From assembly GCF_054482595.1 (NCBI RefSeq), contig NZ_CM137008.1: a stretch of DNA of 64,000 bases; one strand, 5' to 3'. Both the position numbers and the translations under genes were made by a program. This document shows, one piece after another, positions 55,645 through 64,000 of this stretch (position 1 is the first letter of the stretch; every line of letters starts with the position of its first letter). A model generated the notes under the pieces. The model ran no database searches. It was not told where the DNA came from and worked only from the letters and a program-made list of their open reading frames with translations.

Positions 55645-58600
55645 CTTGTAAAGCCTTTATCGTTTTTTTATGCTCTGGATTAATATAATCAATACATCTA
55701 TTTGAGCAATCTTGTGTTAATGGACATGTCAACCCATGTTCATTTACAGCCAAGTCTTTTTTATTATCTTCAATCATCTCAGAATGGGATAACTTTACTT
55801 TTCTGCCGTACATACCGAACATATTTAACCCGTAATCTCTAATCTCTTTTTCATAACCCAGCCCTTTCGCCGATCGGCTAACACCAGCGTCATTTAATTT
55901 AGACACTCGACAAAATGCCATACAATGGAAAAATTGATCAGTCCCACCTAAATTTAATCTCTTCATATCATCATAAGTATCAGATAATATATCCCATGCT
56001 CTTTGATGGTTTAGTTGTTCTTTTTTTCGCATTAACGCTACATCTGCAGGACTTAACCCTAATGGATCAATACCATTCACCGGATACGCATACAGACTCC
56101 ATCCCCCCGCCAGCCCAATCGGGTCCTGAGTAATATATCGTCCCAGCAACGGATTGTAGTACCGGTTCCGGTTATAATACAGCCCCGACTCCTCATCATA
56201 CTGCTGCCCTGGCAGACGGTACGGCTGATACACATGATGCGGGTTCTCCTCATTAAGCTGGTTGCCCCATTCATCATATTCCGCGCTCCACGCCGTATTG
56301 CCGTCTTCGCTGATAAGCGCCAGCGGCAGTCCCCGGTGGTCGCAGTGATAAAGATGAGCTTTTCGCGCCGGTGTGTATTCCGGCTCCACCTGTCTGGCCA
56401 GTTGCTCCACCGTCAGCCCGCACTGCGCAAGCCACGCCCGGCTTTCACTGCTCACGCGGTCTGCCCGGATTTCTTCCTCCAGTCTGTCCAGCAGCCGCAC
56501 CAGTTCAGCCGGAAATACCACGCCGTGCCCGTCCTCGCTCCCTTCCTGCTGCAGCTTCTCCGCCAGGCTGCGGCGCTGCGCTTTCTCCCGCTCGCCGTTG
56601 TCTGTTTCGATGCGGATGAGCGGCGCGAAGCTCCCCGGCTGATATACCGTCTGGATACGCGTGGTGTCGGTCTGTACCGTCGTCAGCCGGTCGCCGTCCC
56701 ACCCGTACCACGTCACCTCCGGTTTCCGCGACAGCGACATCCATCCCGTCAGGTCACGCTCGCGACGCCACACCCGTTTCCCTGTCCGGCGACCCAGCGG
56801 GTCGTAAAGGTATCGGCTCTCGACCAGCGGCTCCTCATATTGGATACGGATGTAATGGACCAGGCGGTGCAGGCTGTCGTAATGGTAGTGATGGGTGCGC
56901 TCGTCGTCCGTCCGTATCACACCCGCCGGGATGCGGTCCGTCTTCTCCGTCAGTCTGCCGTATTCATCGTAGTGGTAAACATAGTGCGCATCCTTCGCGA
57001 TGCGGTTATCCGGCCACACTGTGAGGGTACTGTCCGGGTGCAGCTCCGGGTCCGGCAGGCGGTTTCCCGCCGGGTCGGTGGCATACGGGATGCGGATGTC
57101 CAGGTCCGGTGCGAGGGTACGCACGCTCTCCAGCCTGCCCGTGGCGCTGTAGCCGTATTCCCGCGTCTGTCGCGGGCCGCTGATGCGCACCAGGTCGCCG
57201 TTGTCATTCCACCCGTAGTCACGGTCATACACCAGGCTGTTCAGGTGCTGGCTCTGTAACTGGCCTGCGGGGGTGTATGTGCTGGTCAGTTTATATGCGG
57301 CATTACTGCCTGCCATGCTGCCAAAGCTGCGCACCGTCTCCCGGTGCATGCGGTCGCGCGTGTACTCCAGCAGCGGCGTGTCGCCAAGCTTCATGCCCGC
57401 CAGATAACCGCTGCCGTAGGTCAGCCACTCCACCGGCGGCAGGCTGTCCGGCGTGACGCGGTTTGCCAGCCCCTGTTCGTTGTAGGCGTGTGTTGTCTCA
57501 TGCTGCCACAGCAGTTCCCCCGTCTCCGGGTTCTCCACCGTCTGCCGTTCGCCGGTCAGGCGGCCCTTATCGTCGTAGCCGTAGTGGACAGCGACACGGT
57601 GGCCTTCGCTCAGGTGGCTGATGTCTGTCAGCCAGCCGTGGTCATCATACTGCCACTGCTCTGCCGGTTCGCCGTTCACCGTGCGGTGAGTGATACGGTC
57701 CGATTCATCGTAGTACCAGAGGGTGACAAGCCCCTCATCTTCACTCTGCGTGAGTTTTCCGGTCAGGTCATAATGATAACGCTGCGTCCGCCCGTCAAAG
57801 CCGCCCTGCTGTACCAACCGGTCCAGCGCATCGTAGCTGAAGTCGCTGTGGCTGCCGTTCTCGTTAGTCAGACTGATGACACGTCCGGCAGCATCGTACT
57901 CCATACTGCGCGTCAGCCCGCCCTGCGTGGTGCTGACCGCCTTTCCCCACGCATCGTACTGTGTCTCGCTCCGGTTGCCGTCCGGGGTGATAACGGCAGT
58001 CAGGTCGCCTGCGGCGTTGTACTCATACTGCGTTTCACGGCCCTGTGCGTCTTTCACCGAGGTTAACCGGCCACGGTTGTCATAGTGGCGGTAAAGGCTG
58101 ATACCTTCCTCGCGGTGAACCGCCGTCATCTGGCCGAAGCGGTCGTATTCATAGCGGGTCTGGTAGCCCGAGCAGTCGGTGAACGCCAGCAACTGACCGT
58201 AGCGGCTCCACGTCATCTGCCGGGTGCTGCCCGTCGCATCTGTTGTCGTGGCCGGTAATTCACTGTGCGCATCATCATAGCGGTAGCGTACTGTCTCCCC
58301 GCTGCGCGATGTCTCCGTTACCAGCCTGTCCAGTTCATCATATGCCCGGCGGCTCTCCAGCCCGTCCGGGGACACCACCGCCGTCAGCTGGTTCCCGTCG
58401 TTATAGTAAAATTTCGTCTCCCGCCCGTCCGGTGTGGTGATGTCCGTGATATCGCCGGACACCACATTCAGACCGTACTCTGTCCGCCGTCCCGCCGCGT
58501 CCGTCTGCGCCGTGAGCCTTCCTGCCGCGTCATACCCGCTGTGCGTGACGCTGCCATCCGCCAGTTCTTTTTTCACCACCCGTTTCAGCCCGCCTTCACC

Positions 58601-59827
58601 TTCTGTATGCAGCACCTCACGCCGGTTCAGGCTGTCGGTGACGGTGATGCGGTCCTGCTCATACTGGTAGCGGTAACTCAGGCCTGCCGGGTTAAGCTGC
58701 TCCACCACCCGCCCGGTATCGTCGTAGCGGTAGCGCATCTCCGGCCTTCCCGCATAACGGTGCCCCACCATCCGGCCCGGGTGCTGCGCGTCATACGTGA
58801 AAGCGCGCACCTGTGTCCCGCTGCGGTCATATACCGCCAGCAGTTCACCGGCTTCCGTATACGTGTACCGCGCCAGTGGCGCTCCGGGCAGGCTCTCCGG
58901 GTATGCCGGGTCGTGCATCAGCCACACCGCCAAAAGGCGGATACCCCTGTCGGGGCCGTATTCGGTACCGGGCAGTGTGTCGGGGAACGCTGAGGCTGAG
59001 AGAGGGCGGGGTGTGTCAGGGGAAGATAAGGAAGCGGTGCGCTGTTTACGGGCCTCTTCCGCACGCTGCGCCTGCGTGGTCAGCACCAGACGGAACTCCC
59101 GCCCGGCACCGTCCGTCACGCCGGTGATTTCCCCGGCCAGGTCACCGGCGGCCTCACGCCGGTACGTCAGCGTCCGCCCGAAGCGGTCTGCCAGCCCGGT
59201 AAGCACCCGGTACGGCGGCAGCGGCGCTGGCAGTACGTCCTCAGCACCCGGCACCAGCTCTGACCACCCCAGTATCCACCACGGCCCCTGTGCGCTGTTG
59301 GTCGCCAGGTAAAGATGCGGGCTTAACCGGATATCCGGCGGCAGCGACGCCCACAGCCGTGCCAGCGTATGGCCGTCCGGCTGCGTTGCCTTACCGCCAC
59401 GCACCAGCCACAGGGACTCGCTGCGGCTGTACACCGCCTCACCCGGCAGCAGCGGCTCAAAGTGAATGCTCCGTCCGCCGTTGTCGTTGAGTACCAGTGC
59501 ATCATCGCGTATCTGTAAGCGGATATCAGAAGGCGCTTTCCAGCCGGGGCCAAAAATCCCCACCGGTGCAGGCGTCTTCGTCCGGTAGCTGCTGTAGGTG
59601 CGGGAGAGAATGAACGGCAGCGGGCCGGGCAGCGCAAGGTCCGTCTCGCCGGGCAGCACCTTCGCCCCCAGCAGCGGATTTACCGGGTTGCCCGAAGTCA
59701 TCCCGCCCGGACACACCGAGCACGCCACGCCAGTTGGCGCGCCAATTCTTACACCTGCCGAACCCTGGACAATGGGACCGCCATACTGAGTCATATCTCC
59801 CTGACGCGCCGCTGGTTTTCCGCTCAT
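55625..59827 (-). CDS. rhsD: Rhs-family polymorphic toxin (PAAR-like N-terminus, YD-repeat shell, DPLGL cleavage motif, variable C-terminal toxin domain)
   Basis: 1400-aa ORF with N-terminus [11 protein letters not shown]..., many YD repeats and core end ...[13 protein letters not shown] (56054-56068), followed by a 142-aa AT-rich tip. It lies between ybbP and mnmH, the K-12 rhsD position, so the symbol is positional only. Confidence 0.93.
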   Translation of the reverse strand: MSGKPAARQGDMTQYGGPIVQGSAGVRIGAPTGVACSVCPGGMTSGNPVNPLLGAKVLPGETDLALPGPLPFILSRTYSSYRTKTPAPVGIFGPGWKAPSDIRLQIRDDALVLNDNGGRSIHFEPLLPGEAVYSRSESLWLVRGGKATQPDGHTLARLWASLPPDIRLSPHLYLATNSAQGPWWILGWSELVPGAEDVLPAPLPPYRVLTGLADRFGRTLTYRREAAGDLAGEITGVTDGAGREFRLVLTTQAQRAEEARKQRTASLSSPDTPRPLSASAFPDTLPGTEYGPDRGIRLLAVWLMHDPAYPESLPGAPLARYTYTEAGELLAVYDRSGTQVRAFTYDAQHPGRMVGHRYAGRPEMRYRYDDTGRVVEQLNPAGLSYRYQYEQDRITVTDSLNRREVLHTEGEGGLKRVVKKELADGSVTHSGYDAAGRLTAQTDAAGRRTEYGLNVVSGDITDITTPDGRETKFYYNDGNQLTAVVSPDGLESRRAYDELDRLVTETSRSGETVRYRYDDAHSELPATTTDATGSTRQMTWSRYGQLLAFTDCSGYQTRYEYDRFGQMTAVHREEGISLYRHYDNRGRLTSVKDAQGRETQYEYNAAGDLTAVITPDGNRSETQYDAWGKAVSTTQGGLTRSMEYDAAGRVISLTNENGSHSDFSYDALDRLVQQGGFDGRTQRYHYDLTGKLTQSEDEGLVTLWYYDESDRITHRTVNGEPAEQWQYDDHGWLTDISHLSEGHRVAVHYGYDDKGRLTGERQTVENPETGELLWQHETTHAYNEQGLANRVTPDSLPPVEWLTYGSGYLAGMKLGDTPLLEYTRDRMHRETVRSFGSMAGSNAAYKLTSTYTPAGQLQSQHLNSLVYDRDYGWNDNGDLVRISGPRQTREYGYSATGRLESVRTLAPDLDIRIPYATDPAGNRLPDPELHPDSTLTVWPDNRIAKDAHYVYHYDEYGRLTEKTDRIPAGVIRTDDERTHHYHYDSLHRLVHYIRIQYEEPLVESRYLYDPLGRRTGKRVWRRERDLTGWMSLSRKPEVTWYGWDGDRLTTVQTDTTRIQTVYQPGSFAPLIRIETDNGEREKAQRRSLAEKLQQEGSEDGHGVVFPAELVRLLDRLEEEIRADRVSSESRAWLAQCGLTVEQLARQVEPEYTPARKAHLYHCDHRGLPLALISEDGNTAWSAEYDEWGNQLNEENPHHVYQPYRLPGQQYDEESGLYYNRNRYYNPLLGRYITQDPIGLAGGWSLYAYPVNGIDPLGLSPADVALMRKKEQLNHQRAWDILSDTYDDMKRLNLGGTDQFFHCMAFCRVSKLNDAGVSRSAKGLGYEKEIRDYGLNMFGMYGRKVKLSHSEMIEDNKKDLAVNEHGLTCPLTQDCSNRCIDYINPEHKKTIKALQDGGYLK

Positions 59828-60210
59828 ATAAAGTGCCCTTTTAGTTATTGTTCATATCCCTGTGTTAGCAACAAAAAAAATAAAATGACACACAAGACCA
59901 GCTAATGTATTTATATATTTTTCACATAAACTTATTTGTTCTCAATCAACAACAACTGTTATTACAGGTCACTTTCAATATTTTATTAAACTAACATTTT
60001 TAGCACAGATGAATTCATCATCAACAAATTCACTATATGGATAATATCCATTCAACGCATATGATTTATGATTTTATTAGTCTGAGTTATTTTTGTAGGG
60101 CTATATTTAAAATCAATAAACTCCACCGATTCAGATTAATATCAGCAATAGAAAGATAGGAAATCACCAATTCAATAACATCATCAATGAAACATATTGT
60201 AGAATTAATT

Positions 60211-60240
60211 TAAACAAGGCGTTCCATTCAACCAGAACGC
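60211..60240 (-). terminator. rho-independent terminator after ybbP
   Basis: On the minus strand: ggcgttc-tggttgaatg-gaacgcc followed by ttgttt, 16 nt after the ybbP TGA. Confidence 0.65.
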
Positions 60241-60256
60241 CCCTTATTTACTCTCA

Positions 60257-62671
60257 TCACCCCGCAAACTGCCTGAACAGCGCCTTACCCTTAACCAGTC
60301 GCGCACCCAGCCAGCCGCCGAAAAGCGACAGCAGCAGCGCTCCGCTGCACGGCAGAACAATCCACAATCGCCAGTCTGGCTCCCACGGAAAATCAAACAC
60401 TTTCGCCTGCAACACTGCCAGCGCCGTTTCCGCACCAATTGCGGCCACCAGGCCGGAAACAAACCCAAGCATGGCGAACTCACACCACAACGTGGTACGC
60501 AGCAGTTTTTTCCCCGCACCGAGTGTGCGCCACACCACCAGCTCCTGGTGGCGCTGACGCATACCCACCTGCACCTGTGCCAGCAACAGCAACATACCGC
60601 AGGCGGTGACCAGCACCACCATCACCTCCAGCGCCCGACTTACCTGCTCCAGCACCTGACCGACCTGTTTTAAAATCGCGCCAATGTCTAACAGGCTAAT
60701 GGTCGGGAACTGGCGGTTGAGTTGCGTCAACATGCCGTTGCCATTCTCCCAGCGGAAACTGGTAAGCCAGCTCTGCGGTTGCCCGTCTAATGCCCCTTCC
60801 GGGAAAATAAAATAGAAATTAGGCCGCAGACTTTCCCAGTCCACTTTGCGCAGGCTGGTCACTTTAGCGCGGAACTCCTGGGTATCGCCCATAAAAGTCA
60901 CGGTATCACCGAGGGCAACCTTTAAGCGTTTCGCCAGCCCCTCTTCCATCGACACTTCATCGGCTTTTGGCGGCCAGTTACCGGCGACAATCGGATTATG
61001 ATCGGGCCGCGTATTTTGCCAGGTAAGATTGAGTTCGCGGTTAAGCGCCTCATCTTCATTACCTTCTGTCGGCTTATCGTTAATCGCCGTCAGCCGCGCC
61101 CGCACCACCGGATAAAACGATTCCGGGACTATCTGATGTTCCGCGAGGAACGCTTTTAGCGGTGCTACCTGTTCTGTGGCGATGTTAATTAAAAAGTAGT
61201 TCGGGCTTTCTGGAGGTAGCTGCTGCTGCCAGCGGTCGAGCAGATCACCACGCAACACCAGCAGCAGTGCCAGCAGCATAAAGGAGAGCGAAAATGCCGA
61301 AAGCTGGCTTAACGTTGACCACGGCTGACGTAACAGGCGGCTGACCGCCAGGCGCAGAGGCAGCGATTTCAGCGTCATGCGGCGAAGTACATTCAGCAGC
61401 ATCCAGCCCAGCACACCGCACAGCAAAGCCAGTACTACCGCGCCCGCCAGCACCGCCCAGAGCAGCATACTGCCCCCCATTAATCCGGCGAGCAGCAGCA
61501 CAACCACTACACTGACAATCGGCAGATAAAACTTCAGCGGCCAGACGTTCGCTACCACATCATTACGTAATACGCGTAAAGGCTGCGTTGCCAGCAACAA
61601 GCGGTATGGTCGTAGCCCCACCAGCAGCGAGATGACCGTCATGGTGCCCAGCGCCCATAGCCACGGCCAGAGGCTGGCTGGCGGTAGTGCAGCAGGCAGA
61701 ACGGGCTTGAGCAGCACCATCAACACGTTTTCGAACAACAGGCCTATCGCCCCACCGGTAACGGCTGAAAGCGTCAGCACCATCAACCACTGACCGACGA
61801 TTAGCTTACGCAGTTGCGCTCGCCCTGCCCCCAGCGTTTTGAGGATCGCCACCAGATCGTAGCGACTGCGACAGTAATGATTCATCGCTACCGCCACTGC
61901 TGCCACTGCCAGCAGCAAGGTCAGAAGCGCCGAAAGCAGCAGGAACTGTTGCGAGCGTTCCATCGATCGCCCCAGCGCGCCTTCGTCCTGTTCCAGACCG
62001 TACCAGCGTTGTTCGGGTTTAAGCTGGGGTAACAACCATTTCTCATAGCCGTCGAGCTGGTTCTCGTTGCCGCCGAATTTATAACGCCAGGTGACCCGAC
62101 TCCCCGGCTGCACGGCTCCGGTTTTATCGACATCCGCCAGATTCATCATCAGACGCGGAGCCATCTGGAAGGGGTTAAAACCGGAATCCGGTTCCTGAAT
62201 CACTTCTCCGGCAATCCGCAAGGTGGCATCGCCCACGTCAATGGTGTCGCCCGTTTTCAGGTTAAGCAGCGCCATCAGGCGTGGGGCCAGCAATACGCTG
62301 CCCGCCTGCGGTTTCAGGCCAGGGGGATTAGTTTGCAGATCGCCATACATCGGGTAGATATCATCCACCGCTTTGACGTTCGCCAGCTGCGGTGTGTCGC
62401 CTGCAAATGTCATGGTGGCGAAAGTCAGCTGCTTGCCGACTTTCAGGCCGCGCTTTTGCGCTTCCTCCAGCCATGCTTGCGGCACTTCGCGCGAACTGCG
62501 CAACGCCCGATCGCCCGCCATAAACTCCCGGCTTTGTTGGCTTAAGCCCTTCTCCATGCGATCGCTGATATTGCCCAGCGCCAGCACGCAGGCCACCGCC
62601 AGGCTTAGCGCCAGCCAGACAATTAATAGCGACGGCGAACGCCATTCGCGCCAGAACCAACGTGCAATCAT
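60257..62671 (-). CDS. ybbP: FtsX-like ABC transporter permease
   Basis: 804-aa ORF with two FtsX-type TM bundles, recognised as YbbP. It has a 4-nt overlap with the ybbA stop. Confidence 0.94.
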   Translation of the reverse strand: MIARWFWREWRSPSLLIVWLALSLAVACVLALGNISDRMEKGLSQQSREFMAGDRALRSSREVPQAWLEEAQKRGLKVGKQLTFATMTFAGDTPQLANVKAVDDIYPMYGDLQTNPPGLKPQAGSVLLAPRLMALLNLKTGDTIDVGDATLRIAGEVIQEPDSGFNPFQMAPRLMMNLADVDKTGAVQPGSRVTWRYKFGGNENQLDGYEKWLLPQLKPEQRWYGLEQDEGALGRSMERSQQFLLLSALLTLLLAVAAVAVAMNHYCRSRYDLVAILKTLGAGRAQLRKLIVGQWLMVLTLSAVTGGAIGLLFENVLMVLLKPVLPAALPPASLWPWLWALGTMTVISLLVGLRPYRLLLATQPLRVLRNDVVANVWPLKFYLPIVSVVVVLLLAGLMGGSMLLWAVLAGAVVLALLCGVLGWMLLNVLRRMTLKSLPLRLAVSRLLRQPWSTLSQLSAFSLSFMLLALLLVLRGDLLDRWQQQLPPESPNYFLINIATEQVAPLKAFLAEHQIVPESFYPVVRARLTAINDKPTEGNEDEALNRELNLTWQNTRPDHNPIVAGNWPPKADEVSMEEGLAKRLKVALGDTVTFMGDTQEFRAKVTSLRKVDWESLRPNFYFIFPEGALDGQPQSWLTSFRWENGNGMLTQLNRQFPTISLLDIGAILKQVGQVLEQVSRALEVMVVLVTACGMLLLLAQVQVGMRQRHQELVVWRTLGAGKKLLRTTLWCEFAMLGFVSGLVAAIGAETALAVLQAKVFDFPWEPDWRLWIVLPCSGALLLSLFGGWLGARLVKGKALFRQFAG

Positions 62672-63354
62672 GCTTCCTCCTGCAACTGCCCGTTCACCAG
62701 CCGTAAGCAGCGGTCGCAGCGTGCCGCCAGTTGCAGGTCGTGGGTCACCATAATCAACGTGGTGCCATGTTCACGGTTGAGGGAAAACAGCAGGTCGGCA
62801 ATTTTATCGCCCGTCTGGCGGTCAAGGTTGCCGGTGGGTTCGTCGGCAAACAGCACATCAGGTCGACCATTAAAGGCTCGTGCCAGCGCCACTCGTTGCT
62901 GTTCACCGCCGGAAAGCTGTGCCGGAAGATGATCCAGACGTTTACCCAGCCCTAACTGTTCGAGCAACGCTTTCGCCCCGTTACGACTTTCCGCGCTACT
63001 CTCACCGCGCAGCAGAGCCGGAAGCTCGACGTTTTCCAGCGCGTTAAGGGTAGGAATTAACATAAATGACTGAAAAACAAAGCCGACGTGCTTCGCGCGC
63101 AACTTTGCCCGCGCTTCTTCGTCCATATTATGTAGCGGTTGTCCCACCAGACTCACTTCGCCACTGCTGCCGTCATCAAGCCCGGCGAGGATCGCCAGCA
63201 AGGTTGACTTACCCGATCCCGACTCGCCCACCAGTGCGATGGTCTCGCCACGTTTGACAACCAGCTCAACTCCGGTGAGGATGGAGAGTTCATGCTCCCC
63301 CTGACCGACGGACTTCTTAAGATGATGAACTTCAACAATGTTTTCCGCTGGCAT
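62668..63354 (-). CDS. ybbA: ABC transporter ATP-binding protein
   Basis: 228-aa ORF with Walker A GESGSGKST, signature LSGGEQQR and Walker B LFADEP. Confidence 0.96.
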   Translation of the reverse strand: MPAENIVEVHHLKKSVGQGEHELSILTGVELVVKRGETIALVGESGSGKSTLLAILAGLDDGSSGEVSLVGQPLHNMDEEARAKLRAKHVGFVFQSFMLIPTLNALENVELPALLRGESSAESRNGAKALLEQLGLGKRLDHLPAQLSGGEQQRVALARAFNGRPDVLFADEPTGNLDRQTGDKIADLLFSLNREHGTTLIMVTHDLQLAARCDRCLRLVNGQLQEEA

Positions 63355-63948
63355 TTGCCCTTCCTGTTCCTGGTCCTGTTAACCTTCCGTGCCGCCGCAG
63401 CGGACACGTTATTGATTCTGGGTGATAGCCTGAGCGCCGGGTATCGAATGTCTGCCAGCGCGGCCTGGCCTGCCTTGTTGAATGATAAGTGGCAGAGTAA
63501 AACGTCGGTAGTTAATGCCAGCATCAGCGGCGACACCTCGCAACAAGGACTGGCACGCCTTCCGGCTCTGCTGAAACAGCATCAGCCGCGTTGGGTGCTG
63601 GTTGAACTGGGCGGCAATGACGGTTTGCGTGGTTTTCAGCCACAGCAAACCGAGCAAACGCTGCGCCAGATTTTGCAGGATGTCAAAGCCGCCAACGCTG
63701 AACCATTGTTAATGCAAATACGTCTGCCTGCAAACTATGGTCGCCGTTATAATGAAGCCTTTAGCGCCATTTACCCCAAACTCGCCAAAGAGTTTGATGT
63801 TCCGCTGCTGCCCTTTTTTATGGAAGAGGTCTACCTCAAGCCACAATGGATGCAGGATGACGGTATTCATCCCAACCGCGACGCCCAGCCGTTTATTGCC
63901 GACTGGATGGCGAAGCAGTTGCAGCCTTTAGTAAATCATGACTCATAA
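63322..63948 (+). CDS. tesA: periplasmic multifunctional acyl-CoA thioesterase I / protease I / lysophospholipase L1 (SGNH hydrolase)
   Basis: ATG 63322 (MMNFNNVFRWHLPFLFLVLLTFRAAA/ADTLLILGDSLSAGY...) gives 208 aa with a GDSL motif. The track ORF starts 10 codons earlier. Confidence 0.95.
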   Translation: MMNFNNVFRWHLPFLFLVLLTFRAAAADTLLILGDSLSAGYRMSASAAWPALLNDKWQSKTSVVNASISGDTSQQGLARLPALLKQHQPRWVLVELGGNDGLRGFQPQQTEQTLRQILQDVKAANAEPLLMQIRLPANYGRRYNEAFSAIYPKLAKEFDVPLLPFFMEEVYLKPQWMQDDGIHPNRDAQPFIADWMAKQLQPLVNHDS

Positions 63949-64000
63949 AGCAACGGAGATCCTGACAGGTAAAGTTATGCAAAAATCGGTCTTAATTACC
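63938..64000 (+). CDS. ybbO: short-chain dehydrogenase/reductase YbbO, N-terminal 21 codons (continues beyond the window)
   Basis: ATG 63938 gives MTHKATEILTGKVMQKSVLIT, open to the window end, overlapping the tesA 3-prime end by 11 nt. The alternative start is ATG 63977. Confidence 0.7.
   Translation, partial: MTHKATEILTGKVMQKSVLIT

Noticed and set aside
56234-58993. Plus-strand ORFs of 341, 240 and 242 aa (and many shorter ones) within the rhs core
   Set aside because: They are antisense to the YD-repeat core. Their products are Arg/Pro/Ala-rich, there are no start-site signals, and such ORFs are expected by chance in about 70 percent GC repeat DNA.

Overview
The window is a colinear Escherichia coli core-chromosome segment, in reverse orientation relative to K-12 numbering. 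I identified genes by recognising the translated ORFs and their synteny; no database search was possible. Gene order is: ybdF (partial), nfsB, ybdG, pheP, cusABFC/cusRS, nfrBA-ybcH, envY, tRNA-Arg(UCU) argU, fimZ, the sfm fimbrial operon, folD, ybcJ, ybcI, cysS, ppiB, lpxH, purEK. Next comes the complete allantoin/glyoxylate regulon (ybcF, ylbF, ylbE, fdrA, allDCE, glxK, ybbY, allB, ybbW, glxR, hyi, gcl, allR, allA, allS), then mnmH, a decayed transposase/rhs scar, an Rhs toxin with a putative immunity gene, ybbPA, tesA and ybbO (partial). About 55 CDS and one tRNA are present. I saw no rRNA, no CRISPR array and no intact mobile element. Five points stand out. (1) The Rhs protein carries an AT-rich C-terminal tip after the DPLGL motif whose sequence resembles the vertebrate serum amyloid A signature. 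It is followed by an overlapping membrane-anchored ORF that is a likely immunity gene, and this pair is the best candidate for an uncharacterised system. (2) nfrB, the c-di-GMP-controlled glycosyltransferase needed for phage N4 infection, is interrupted by one in-frame TGA. (3) The usher gene sfmD is interrupted by one in-frame TAG. (4) The argU attachment site is empty: envY lies 45 bp from the tRNA 3-prime end, with no DLP12, ompT or appY. (5) ylbE is intact within the tightly packed fdrA-ylbE-ylbF-ybcF cluster.
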